Below, one piece after another: positions 39,601-49,079 of a DNA stretch of 64,000 nucleotides. Source of the stretch: Auanema rhodensis (taxonomy: Eukaryota; Animalia; Nematoda). Below the pieces are notes generated by a model that had not been told where the DNA came from, made no database searches, and saw nothing but the letters and a program-made list of their open reading frames with translations. The stretch lies in NCBI GenBank assembly GCA_964057225.1, contig OZ059898.1, positions 8,060,001 to 8,124,000 of the forward strand. The letters run 5' to 3'. Every line of letters begins with the position of its first letter. The stretch's first letter is position 1. Made by a program: the position numbers and the translations under genes.

Positions 39601-42600
39601 TATGTAGATAATATTCTATTATTTGCTGATAGTATAGATGAAGCTCAACAAAAATGTTCACTTACACAACAATTATTTCAAAATATTTCGATGCATGTTC
39701 GTGAATTCGCATCAAATAAGTCAGAAGCTCTTCAGCACCTTCATAAAGATGATATTCTCTCTGATTGTCCACTAAAAATTCTTGGAGTACCTTATAATGC
39801 TCTAAGTGATTCCCTTTCAATTCGATTCAATATACCGGAACTCTCAACAGTAACCAAACGAAACGCATTACAACAATTACATTCAGTTTATGATCCTTTG
39901 GGTATAACAAATCCATTAATTTTACCCTTGAAGGTTATTCTTAGAGATATTTTTGCACTTAAAACAGAATGGGATGATACTATACCTTCTGAATTATCAG
40001 CCTCTTGGACATCAATAATTAACGAGATTAATTATGCTAAGGTTACTGTACCTCGTGTACTATCACCATCTATTGAAGAAGGTACATTATGGGTCTTTGC
40101 TGACGCTAGTTCAACAGCGTTAGCTGTGTGTGCTTACATACAGACAAACAACAAAATGAGTTCTATTCTAGCTGGTAAAAGCCGCTTATCTCCTAAAACA
40201 CCAATTACAATTCCACGCATGGAACTCTTAGCTATTCGATTAGCTATGAGACTTTCTCACACAATATTAATGGAATTACCATGTAAAAAACTAAATATTG
40301 TAAGTGATAGCAGCATTGCGTTATCATGGATTTTAACAAATAAGCAATTACCTGACTTCATAGCAAAACAAGTTCAAAATGTACAACATATGACCCGTGT
40401 ATTAGAAGAACATTCGATTAATGTTCAATTTTACCATGTTACTACGGATTATAATCCGGCTGACATTGGTTCACGAGGAGCCAATAAATATCAACTTCAG
40501 GAGTCTATGTGGCTTCTTGGACCACAGTGGATTCTTAACAGAACCGTTCAAGCTTTAACACCATATGGTTCCTTGCAAGTGATGCATGTTTCACCTGTAT
40601 CATTACTTATAGCTCAAGCTATATCTGTACCTTTGGAACATAACCTAGCTTATCATAACGGTCATTTTGCAACTTTACGTTTGTTAGCCCGTTTGGCTAA
40701 AATTATAAAAATTTGGCATTTAAAAACATTTAAAAATCAAAATGGACATAAATTACGAAATATTTCACAAATATCAACATCATATCCCGTTTTAACAACT
40801 GATTTGAAGATAATACGTACTATTTTAATTCGACAAGCTCAAGATCATCTCATTATTGATGATTTACGACGACAATATCCTGGTTATCATTTCTATCTTG
40901 ATGATAACGAGATAATTCGAGTAAGAAGCCGATTACAAAATTCTTTACTATCCTATGATACAAAAAACCCAATTTATCTTCCTCGCAACTCATTATTCAC
41001 TCAACACATAATTATGGACGCTCATCGCGCATCTTTTCATCAAGGAAAAGAATTTTTGATCACACATCTTCGTCAAACTTATTTTATTGCTCGCGCTGCA
41101 GCAATTATAAAACAAACTTTGAAGAAATGTCATTTATGCAATAAATATCAATCTTTACCATATGGCACTCCTGATATGCCTTCATTGCCTAAAGATAGAG
41201 TGATATTAACTAAACCATTTCTTAACACTGGTTGCGACTTATTTGGACCTATTATGCTTAAAAGTGGACATAAGGTCTATGTATGTCTTTTTACTTGCTT
41301 AACCATACGTGCCATTCATCTTGAAATGGTCTATGATCAAACAGCGACTTCATTTATGAACGCTTTCACTCGTTTCATAGCCCGACGAGGTTTACCAACC
41401 ACAATGCGAAGTGATTGTGGGGGTAATTTTATTCTCGGAGCTCAATTAATTGAGACAATACAAAAATCAGCTGAATTTAATTTCACCCCAGCTGATATTG
41501 TAGTCCATCTAGCCAAAAATAACATAAATTGGCTCTTTAACACACCTAAGTCTCCATGGAAAGGAGGTTCTTGGGAAAGAATGGTGGGAATTACTAAAAA
41601 TGCAATGAAAAAGGCAATACAAAGAAATAAATTAACATTTGATGAATTATTAACTTTAATTGTCAAAATTGAAGCAGTCATTAACACAAGGCCTTTAACA
41701 CATCCAGATCCAAATAATATAAATCACGTACCTATTCGTCCTGTCGATTTCATTTCGCCTGGTCTTGTTCTTTCCCTACCGGATGATTGTGGTTCTCGAG
41801 TTTATAATAATTCCATTGATATTCCTGTAATACAAAACGTTGAACAAGCATTAGAAACTTTACAACTTACTTCTGATGCAGCTACGATGTTTTGGGATAA
41901 ATTTCAAACAGAATATTTGATATATATTCGTGATATATACAAACATTCCCGAAAACAACCTTCAGCAAATGCCAATAAACCTAATATTGGTGAAATTGTA
42001 GTTATACATAACGATAACTTACCTCGTGGTCAATGGAAACTTGGTCGAATCACAGAACTTATAAATAGTTCTGATGGATTCATTCGTACAGCTAAAGTTC
42101 TCACTCCAGCTGGGAACATCATATCACGTTCCTTAAATCATCTATATCCACTTGAATTACGAAGTGTTTTACCTGATATGACATCAATTCCTCGATCTAC
42201 TCCTTCCGAAGACACTTCATTGTCTTTGAAGGTAGGATCTGCTTCGGATATGATGAACCTTGATGCTCAACCAATACAGGAATATATTATAAGATCAAAC
42301 TCACCTGTACCTTCAATCCATGAAACGAACAATGTGGTTACATGTCCTGAACCAATAGATATTAATAATCCTCAAAAAATTTACATACCTACGTCCAAAA
42401 TTTCTTCGATACATAATCCGATCCTTGAGGAAGAAGCTGAATTACAATTATGGGGTCCAGGTCATACGCCTGACGATAATCGTAAAAAATTACAAAAGAA
42501 AAACACAAGTAAAGCAAAACAAACCATAATTTTGCCTACCATTGACCAAAACGACGTAAAACCATCTACTGAAACAAACGAAAAACGTGTTCGCACCTTA

Positions 42601-44598
42601 CCTTTACGGGATCACATCACATACGCTTCGCGAAAGAATTTCAAATCAGCAATGACGTCTGCAATTTTAATTTTTACAATAATATCGATATTTTTACCCG
42701 TAGCATCTGCAAATTCTGTAGTATGTGATGAGGCAAAGTTTTTATCCATACATTTGCTTGGAAACCCACATTGTGCTCCTCATCTTGCCATGTGGTCATT
42801 GTTCTTACCACTTTGTTGTTTATTTGGCATCCTTTGTTGTTGTATACGCATAGGATTCCATCAATATCGATATAATTCCTGGTCTAATACTATTCGTTAC
42901 ATATCTTCTTTTTTCACACTTAGACCTCATACTCCGGAACAGAATGATATTGAATTAGGAGTTATTGAACCTCCTCCAACTTCATCTGAGAATATTCCAC
43001 ATATAGAACCTAAATTATATCCTCCATTTTGGAAAAGAGGTTCTCGATTATCAATTATCAGTATACTAACGATATTTCTGATTAATAATGCTACTGCTTG
43101 TACCGATCATCACGTTATTCATTCGGTTTCTACACATTGTCTGAATCGTACTCAATGTTATCACCAATATAGTGATCAAATAGTTTTTTCTCCTGGAGTT
43201 AAAGATTTATGCCTGGATATAAAATTTAAAAATCATTCTATTGGTTATATTCAAATTCGAAAATTATATACAAGTTATGAATGTAAGAAAACCACAAAAT
43301 TTTTTACAAAGGCTACTTTGCCTAAACTAACTGTTGATTTTCGATGTGCTCATATGGGATCTTGTGATCAAACTTGTGAAACTATGAATCATCGCTCTCG
43401 TATTTCTGAATTCGAACCATATAATTATCCAACACAATCCAAATGTGTCCGGTCCTCAGCACATATATGGCGTTGTTTGACATTTTGGGAAAACCCTTGT
43501 CTTTTCTACAAATTAGAACATGTACCTACTTCGGACGACATATTTGAAGTATTTAAATGTGAAGATTGGACAACATCTTCAACTTTTGAAATTACAACAC
43601 ATATTGTTAAAGATAAAAATATTTATAATATCACAATTCCACCATATTTGAAGATGAATTACTCTTTTTTCAATATGACGATCAATACACAAGACAAACC
43701 TCCTACTCCACTTCATAATTATTATTTTGTTGCTTCAAACAATCAAATCTTTGCTGTTGAACCACATTTTCCATTTATGGTACAATGTATTTCGAAGGCA
43801 GACACTTCCGACAATTTTTCAAGATGTACAACGGTTATCGATTGTACTTGTAACAAAATCAATAATGATGTTGCTGGCTGTATATGTCCACAACATAATT
43901 TCACACATTTTTCTCATATTTTACCTCCGTATATGGCAAACACGGAAACAATCTATAAACCCGATACATCCTTAACTTTTCGAACTCAGTCTGATGAAAC
44001 TACAGTTTCAATTGATTCTGAACTTTTATACGACAGTAATACATTTTCCTATGATATACCTTGTCGTCCCTTATTGATCAGTCTCTCCGGATGTTATTCC
44101 TGTGGGCAGGGTGCATCTGCATTGTTTTCTTGTATGTCATCTAAAGAAACATGGATACCGATCGAGTGTTCAAAAGATGTATTCATGATTAAATGTTCAC
44201 CCTTCAATGAAATTACAAATATCAATATTAAAAGAGATAATTCAATTATAAATGAAGTTTGTCATACTAAATGTAATCATGAAAAAATTGATATAATTGT
44301 AACGGGACAATTATATTTCAATTCATCTACTAATGAACCAAATGAAATTCATTCAAATCAGAATTCAGTTATAATACCTGACATAATTCCTTTTTTGAAA
44401 CTTTTTAAAGAACACTGGATGATGTTTTCAATCTGCGTTGTTTTTCTGATCATCATATGTTTTTTGGGATACCTAGGTTGTACTCCAGCCATTTATTTTT
44501 TCTTGATCACAGCTTTCCGTACTATTAAAATCATAATAGATACAACAACCAAGTTTTTCTTTATTCTTAGAAATCTTTGTTTTGATAGAAGATTTTAA
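36685..44598 (+). CDS. Gag-protease-RT-RNase H-integrase-Env polyprotein (2637 aa)
   Basis: IPTFDGTPENF (BEL Gag); three CCHC knuckles at ~37807-37995; protease VIDSGS (38341); RT RVVFDAS, DIQSAFLQV and YVDN (39601); RNase H VFADAS; integrase HHCC, GCDLFGP, RSDCGGNF, WKGGSWERMVG, HLYPLE; signal-like/TM segments; Cys-rich phlebovirus Gc-like region 43099-44598 with C-terminal TM. Confidence 0.97.
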   Translation: MASSYVGDIRRSYDFLSVLLKRYANLLDNEPAGVSDSEITYDRIILLQSTLRNHELVLNELSTALDTVNRNIEKFQTVFKDSDKDLRNEMKALYEELEENPNNRQAYNIADEQRLLLLDRISHIKTAIAFVESLLPEKKKEKVIESTGTETTQIYSNLLQLLQTSNHIQRPVTQIPTFDGTPENFKLYWSRFNNMIHQNSQYSILDKVNILLEGLSDKALVVIRGIEPNENNYLLLRKALENAYMRYATDKLQLLRKMKNLSPASDAKSCKQLFDLIQSYDRQITAAGSHIGPEFFFAICAEKFPHYIMSELYRQPDPLDQSMDDIYQHLSSRIYEFSLMDTRKRNSEHDSHNSPNRGKHVDKTFDKSTKKIWTCVFCGKEGHPSYYCRTYDTPQKKREILKNKEVCWLCFSTSHRSRDCSRPKCPKCKNEHNSCLCLNLDRETKSPVKPISSTSMIITESAGQQTPDLTVSQNKNDIISTPTVSQTVPTVQPAFFNHLPVTLIVTEPKNTQLQLLTHTEDTHDIEMSQIVLKTAMTHIFSYTQNKYITVKVVIDSGSMRSFIRSDIAKDLQLPINKVQHRTFFGIGGLSETHECKEVKTIFYTSNGSIIITNMLTKPFIATSLRAPLLDNNDRSFIKRNNITLANPMIDGQAFEPDILIGLDRYKLFVHMNSELELPSTLRMQNTSFGYTLYGEIPYQNHSVTLITINDKPLQHNDMLRYIFEIDSLGINTSEAGIDTTIDYYEDYSKQLTLTNHRIEAPLPLKSNYHQLPDNKGLAFYRFLALFKTLQANPSKLEMYRKIIDDYIDNGIIEEVPFETSNNNHNSDIICHYIPHHGVWNTNKPNKPLRVVFDASAKTKGKLSLNDILYTGKSFVNNIFNILIASRIKPIIITCDIQSAFLQVGLQKQHRDLCRFFWVKDPQGSCNSSNTKVFRFKRIPFGLTASPSILNMSVNWYLSSLNTDLSDEILNTLYVDNILLFADSIDEAQQKCSLTQQLFQNISMHVREFASNKSEALQHLHKDDILSDCPLKILGVPYNALSDSLSIRFNIPELSTVTKRNALQQLHSVYDPLGITNPLILPLKVILRDIFALKTEWDDTIPSELSASWTSIINEINYAKVTVPRVLSPSIEEGTLWVFADASSTALAVCAYIQTNNKMSSILAGKSRLSPKTPITIPRMELLAIRLAMRLSHTILMELPCKKLNIVSDSSIALSWILTNKQLPDFIAKQVQNVQHMTRVLEEHSINVQFYHVTTDYNPADIGSRGANKYQLQESMWLLGPQWILNRTVQALTPYGSLQVMHVSPVSLLIAQAISVPLEHNLAYHNGHFATLRLLARLAKIIKIWHLKTFKNQNGHKLRNISQISTSYPVLTTDLKIIRTILIRQAQDHLIIDDLRRQYPGYHFYLDDNEIIRVRSRLQNSLLSYDTKNPIYLPRNSLFTQHIIMDAHRASFHQGKEFLITHLRQTYFIARAAAIIKQTLKKCHLCNKYQSLPYGTPDMPSLPKDRVILTKPFLNTGCDLFGPIMLKSGHKVYVCLFTCLTIRAIHLEMVYDQTATSFMNAFTRFIARRGLPTTMRSDCGGNFILGAQLIETIQKSAEFNFTPADIVVHLAKNNINWLFNTPKSPWKGGSWERMVGITKNAMKKAIQRNKLTFDELLTLIVKIEAVINTRPLTHPDPNNINHVPIRPVDFISPGLVLSLPDDCGSRVYNNSIDIPVIQNVEQALETLQLTSDAATMFWDKFQTEYLIYIRDIYKHSRKQPSANANKPNIGEIVVIHNDNLPRGQWKLGRITELINSSDGFIRTAKVLTPAGNIISRSLNHLYPLELRSVLPDMTSIPRSTPSEDTSLSLKVGSASDMMNLDAQPIQEYIIRSNSPVPSIHETNNVVTCPEPIDINNPQKIYIPTSKISSIHNPILEEEAELQLWGPGHTPDDNRKKLQKKNTSKAKQTIILPTIDQNDVKPSTETNEKRVRTLPLRDHITYASRKNFKSAMTSAILIFTIISIFLPVASANSVVCDEAKFLSIHLLGNPHCAPHLAMWSLFLPLCCLFGILCCCIRIGFHQYRYNSWSNTIRYISSFFTLRPHTPEQNDIELGVIEPPPTSSENIPHIEPKLYPPFWKRGSRLSIISILTIFLINNATACTDHHVIHSVSTHCLNRTQCYHQYSDQIVFSPGVKDLCLDIKFKNHSIGYIQIRKLYTSYECKKTTKFFTKATLPKLTVDFRCAHMGSCDQTCETMNHRSRISEFEPYNYPTQSKCVRSSAHIWRCLTFWENPCLFYKLEHVPTSDDIFEVFKCEDWTTSSTFEITTHIVKDKNIYNITIPPYLKMNYSFFNMTINTQDKPPTPLHNYYFVASNNQIFAVEPHFPFMVQCISKADTSDNFSRCTTVIDCTCNKINNDVAGCICPQHNFTHFSHILPPYMANTETIYKPDTSLTFRTQSDETTVSIDSELLYDSNTFSYDIPCRPLLISLSGCYSCGQGASALFSCMSSKETWIPIECSKDVFMIKCSPFNEITNINIKRDNSIINEVCHTKCNHEKIDIIVTGQLYFNSSTNEPNEIHSNQNSVIIPDIIPFLKLFKEHWMMFSICVVFLIIICFLGYLGCTPAIYFFLITAFRTIKIIIDTTTKFFFILRNLCFDRRF

Positions 44599-44678
44599 CA
44601 TTGAACTAATTCAGTACTATCCTTAAAAATCTTACTATATAAGCATTGTTATCCTCATTTTTGAAATTATTTGTTGTC

Positions 44679-45149
44679 ATGGATTCTGATTCTATTACAG
44701 TTCATAATGAACCATCTTTTGAGGAAGAATTGAAAGATCCTTCCTATTCTAACCTTCCTACCTCTATTCGAACTCTTGTTCTCGTTGAAAATCGTTTAAA
44801 TCGAAAGTTCCAATACATGAGTGAGTATTTGGACAATCACTTCAGAATCATTTCTGAAGCTATGAAAATTCTGAATGAAAATCAGAATTTGATTCGATTA
44901 CAAACGCAACCAACGAAAACCTGCCTATTTTGCGATCAAGTGACTACTGATGGTCACCGCACAGGCAATTGTCCCATCTATTCATCTGTTATGGAGCGTG
45001 GAATCCGCGCTCATCAATTGAAATTATGCTTACGATGCTTATCGGCTCTACACGAGCATCCCTGTAGCACTAACTGCTACAAATGCAACTCTGATAAGCA
45101 TCATGGGTCATTATGCGACGGACAACGTCGCAAAAGGCCAATGGCTTAG
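44679..45149 (+). CDS. Retroelement accessory ORF2: helical segment + triple zinc knuckle + basic tail (156 aa)
   Basis: Separate ORF between env and the 3' LTR. CLFC..GH..C / CLRC..H..C / CYKC..HH..C mirrors the Gag knuckles of the same element. Ends in QRRKRPMA. Confidence 0.8.
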   Translation: MDSDSITVHNEPSFEEELKDPSYSNLPTSIRTLVLVENRLNRKFQYMSEYLDNHFRIISEAMKILNENQNLIRLQTQPTKTCLFCDQVTTDGHRTGNCPIYSSVMERGIRAHQLKLCLRCLSALHEHPCSTNCYKCNSDKHHGSLCDGQRRKRPMA

Positions 45150-45161
45150 CTGCGGCGGCAG

Positions 45162-45461
45162 TGTCGCGGTTAGCGATTATTTTTTATCCTTTTTTCTATG
45201 TTTTGTTCCATTTCAGTTTTGTTTTTATCGTTTTCCTTTACTTTGTCTATTTCAGATTGTACTTTTCGGCCCGCCTTCCCATATCTTCATCTTTGGGATC
45301 GGAAAATACGATATACCTCAACTTACTTCAACGGAGTATAGACGATCTATATTTTGTTGATATTGTTAACTTTCTCTTTAATAAAGCATTCTACCACTGA
45401 TTATTTGTTATTCGAATCTCAGCGGAAAACTATCACACGGAATACCTTCGCCGAAGCGACA
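45162..45461 (+). repeat. 3' LTR (300 bp)
   Basis: Line-by-line identical to 36102-36401; preceded by GCTGCGGCGGCAG in the polypurine-tract position. Confidence 0.97.
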
Positions 45462-45780
45462 CCATGCCATGGCTGTGCAACAGCTCTTATCGTTCATCAG
45501 TCGATAACTGATTCCCTGCACCTCCGGTAACACCGTCGTATATGAGGTTCTGTAGATATGCTCGTACATCGGGATCGTTAAAAATGTCAAACAAGCGGGA
45601 GTTTCACTGAGACAACTTCTCAGAGAAAGATGGTCGAGAGGGTCACAGAAACTTTCTGTACCGGGTAAACCACGACTCTCCAACTCCCCAATAAGTTCAC
45701 CTTGCTCTGACGATCAAGATCAGCATGCATAAAAGTCAAAAAAGGAATGTTAAATTCAAATTTAATTAGGAAAAACAAAA

Positions 45781-45899
45781 AGCTTACGGCACCCGGGATT
45801 CCCAAGCCGTCTCCGATCCAAGTACTAACCGGGCCCAACGTTGCTTGACTTGCCAGATCGGACGGGATGGCGTACTTTCAACGTGTTATGGTCGTAAGC
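45781..45899 (-). rRNA. 5S rRNA copy 12 (variant C14A)
   Basis: 5S sequence with one substitution at 45886 (ACGTGTTATG vs ACGTGGTATG). Confidence 0.95.
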
Positions 45900-46255
45900 G
45901 ATGCTATTCCTCTATTAGTGTATCTAGTACCTACCACCATGCTACGGCTGTGCAACAGCTCTTATCGTTCATCAGTCGATAACTGATTCCCTGCACCTCC
46001 GGTAACACCGTCGTATATGAGGTTCTGTAGATATGCTCGTACATCGGGATCGTTAAAAATGTCAAACAAGCGGGAGTTTCACTGAGACAACTTCTCAGAG
46101 AAAGATGGTCGAGAGGGTCACAGAAGCTTTCTGTACCGTGCTAAGCACGACTCCACAACTCCTCAATAACTTCGCCTTGCTCTGACGATCAAGATCAGCA
46201 TGCATAAAAGTCAAAAAAGGAATGTTAAATTCAAATTTAATTAGGAAAAACAAAA

Positions 46256-46374
46256 AGCTTACGGCACCCGGGATTCCCAAGCCGTCTCCGATCCAAGTAC
46301 TAACCGGGCCCAACGTTGCTTGACTTGCCAGATCGGACGGGATGGCGTACTTTCAACGTGGTATGGTCGTAAGC
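46256..46374 (-). rRNA. 5S rRNA copy 13
   Basis: Same 119-nt sequence as copy 1. Confidence 0.98.
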
Positions 46375-46730
46375 GATGCTATTCCTCTATTAGTGTATCT
46401 AGTACCTACCACCATGCTACGGCTGTGCAACAGCTCTTATCGTTCATCAGTCGATAACTGATTCCCTGCACCTCCGGTAACACCGTCGTATATGAGGTTC
46501 TGTAGATATGCTCGTACATCGGGATCGTTAAAAATGTCAAACAAGCGGGAGTTTCACTGAGACAACTTCTCAGAGAAAGATGGTCGAGAGGGTCACAGAA
46601 ACTTTCTGTACCGGGTAAACCACGACTCTCCAACTCCCCAATAAGTTCACCTTGCTCTGACGATCAAGATCAGCATGCATAAAAGTCAAAAAAGGAATGT
46701 TAAATTCAAATTTAATTAGGAAAAACAAAA

Positions 46731-46849
46731 AGCTTACGGCACCCGGGATTCCCAAGCCGTCTCCGATCCAAGTACTAACCGGGCCCAACGTTGCTTGACT
46801 TGCCAGATCGGACGGGATGGCGTACTTTCAACGTGGTATGGTCGTAAGC
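46731..46849 (-). rRNA. 5S rRNA copy 14
   Basis: Same 119-nt sequence as copy 1. Confidence 0.98.
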
Positions 46850-47205
46850 GATGCTATTCCTCTATTAGTGTATCTAGTACCTACCACCATGCTACGGCTG
46901 TGCAACAGCTCTTATCGTTCATCAGTCGATAACTGATTCCCTGCACCTCCGGTAACACCGTCGTATATGAGGTTCTGTAGATATGCTCGTACATCGGGAT
47001 CGTTAAAAATGTCAAACAAGCGGGAGTTTCACTGAGACAACTTCTCAGAGAAAGATGGTCGAGAGGGTCACAGAAACTTTCTGTACCGGGTAAACCACGA
47101 CTCTCCAACTCCCCAATAAGTTCACCTTGCTCTGACGATCAAGATCAGCATGCATAAAAGTCAAAAAAGGAATGTTAAATTCAAATTTAATTAGGAAAAA
47201 CAAAA

Positions 47206-47324
47206 AGCTTACGGCACCCGGGATTCCCAAGCCGTCTCCGATCCAAGTACTAACCGGGCCCAACGTTGCTTGACTTGCCAGATCGGACGGGATGGCGTAC
47301 TTTCAACGTGGTATGGTCGTAAGC
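47206..47324 (-). rRNA. 5S rRNA copy 15
   Basis: Same 119-nt sequence as copy 1; upstream spacer is cut at 47439. Confidence 0.97.
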
Positions 47325-49079
47325 GATGCTATTCCTCTATTAGTGTATCTAGTACCTACCACCATGCTACGGCTGTGCAACAGCTCTTATCGTTCATCAG
47401 TCGATAACTGATTCCCTGCACCTCCGGTAACACCGTCGTTCCATATTGGTTCCAGCTAGGTAACCATATGGACTTTAATAGTGTGTATGCCTTTGTAAAA
47501 ATAACAGAGAGTAGAGAAAATATATTTATTGAGAGTATACTGTATCTGAAGTAAACTATAATAACAATAAAATATATGAAACTAAATGATATTTGAAAGC
47601 CAACCAAGTTGCTCTTTCAAAGGTTTATTTAGCGAAATACAAAATATAAAAAATTATTAAATTTGTACAAAAAGTATAACGTCCCACTTTATTTCGTGGA
47701 ATCTTCGGATGCAAGTCAGCTGTTATATAATTAAAAAAAAATATATGCATGAGAGAAATACAAATTTAGAAATAAACAAAATTATGATAAAGAAAAAATT
47801 TTAAAAAGATAAAAGTTAAAAGTGGTTTTAACCTTCCCTCTTCTCGTTAATCCGTCAGTTGCTCTATTTCGTTGATAATCTCTGACATATGCGGAAGTCC
47901 AAGGAGTTAAATCATTCTGATTGCTTGGCTGACTGCTTTCACCTTGTTCTCCGTTGTTGACGTGTTCGAAGTCCTTTTTGCTTGTAGTTTGTAATAACTT
48001 CTGATAGGTCTTGCCCAATCTCTATCCAGGATGCTTGTTCTTGGATTTTGTTATTGTCCATGCTGGCATTATTTTGTAGATGTCAGCTGTGGTCTGCGTT
48101 CTGGCGGGTTGTCCCAGCATTATGTGTCGGATTCTGTTCTCTTTCTGGCTGAGAGAACATCCTTCTGTCCATTTCTTTTGATGCTGGCGGAGCTCCTCGA
48201 GATCGTTTTCTTTATAGTTTTTGGTTTTCTCCTCCAATAGTTTTATCATAAATAGGATGTGCTGTGTCTTCTTTTCCAATTTGCTCGTTTGGAGGCTTAT
48301 TATTGGTCCTAAGTTCGGCTTCATGCAGTTGATAGGTAGAAGACCTTCGCGAAGGTTTTCTACCTCTATCCATTCTTGCTCAATAGCGGTCGCTAGAGGG
48401 ACCAGTGGTGTTGGAGTTGCGAGGAATGTAGAGAGTGTGACGTTGGCGAGAGAGGAGGTCATTTTGAGTAAAAAGTGTTTTTGAATTTTTCGCTATCAAA
48501 ATTTTTCTCTTTATATAGTTTGTTTTTGCAGTGATTGTTACAATTTGTTAAAATTAAAGGATAGAAATTAGAATTTCGGTGGTTTTTGATCTATGTCTTA
48601 TGTTTAATGTACTATACGAAAGAAAGAAAAATTATTTTTACAATTCTACGATTTTTGTTAGTTAATTAAAAGTTTCGTACTTGTTCTCCTTTGTTTTGCG
48701 TTGGAGATTTATTCTGCTGCTTTTTGCTTTGATCCGCTTTTCCATGTAGTTCCAATTCTCCATTATTTCTGATTTCTTCGTCTTGTGTTTTTCTTTTGGG
48801 TTGTAGTTTAACATGATACGGGCGTGAGTTTTCATTTCCTATTCCTAGTGCTGCGGCAAGTGTAGTGTTCCAATTTTTGATTGCTGGTGAGTTTTTGTTT
48901 CTGTCCTCAAATAGCTCCTTTCTGTTTTCATTCTTGAATTGATCTCGTAGCTTTTCGTATGTTTTTGCGTTATTATCTTCTATATCGTTTTGATAGGAAA
49001 CTTCTTTTTAAGAGAATGGTGTCAGTTCGCTATGTTTTGGTCTTCTTCCTATTCTTCATTACTTCGTGTTGATATAAGA

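Larger units (their letters stand above)
36102..45461 (+). mobile_element. Intact env-encoding BEL/Pao LTR retrotransposon (Belpaoviridae-type endogenous virus)
   Basis: Two 300-bp LTRs with no differences seen, TGTCGC...GCGACA termini, 5-bp target-site duplication CCATG (36097-36101 and 45462-45466), PBS, and an uninterrupted 2637-aa polyprotein with BEL-type YVDN reverse transcriptase. Confidence 0.97.
31135..47439 (-). repeat. 5S rDNA tandem array (475/476-bp unit, 15 full-length genes), interrupted by a BEL/Pao element
   Basis: Near-identical head-to-tail units. Each has a 119-nt 5S gene on the minus strand followed by a T-run terminator, and a 356/357-bp spacer. Confidence 0.98.

Noticed and set aside
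37854-43975. Short antisense or alternate-frame ORFs inside the polyprotein
   Set aside because: Shadow ORFs of a long coding frame; no motifs.
31135-47439. CRISPR-like repeat-spacer array next to a reverse transcriptase
   Set aside because: The spacers are near-identical rather than unique, the repeat is 5S rRNA, and the RT belongs to an LTR element with its own target-site duplication.
31018-47607. Repeated 65-91 aa minus-strand ORFs (MGPVSTW..., MESRGLP...)
   Set aside because: They start at non-ATG codons, overlap the 5S gene or spacer, and are broken by a 1-bp indel in alternate units. They are by-products of the tandem repeat.
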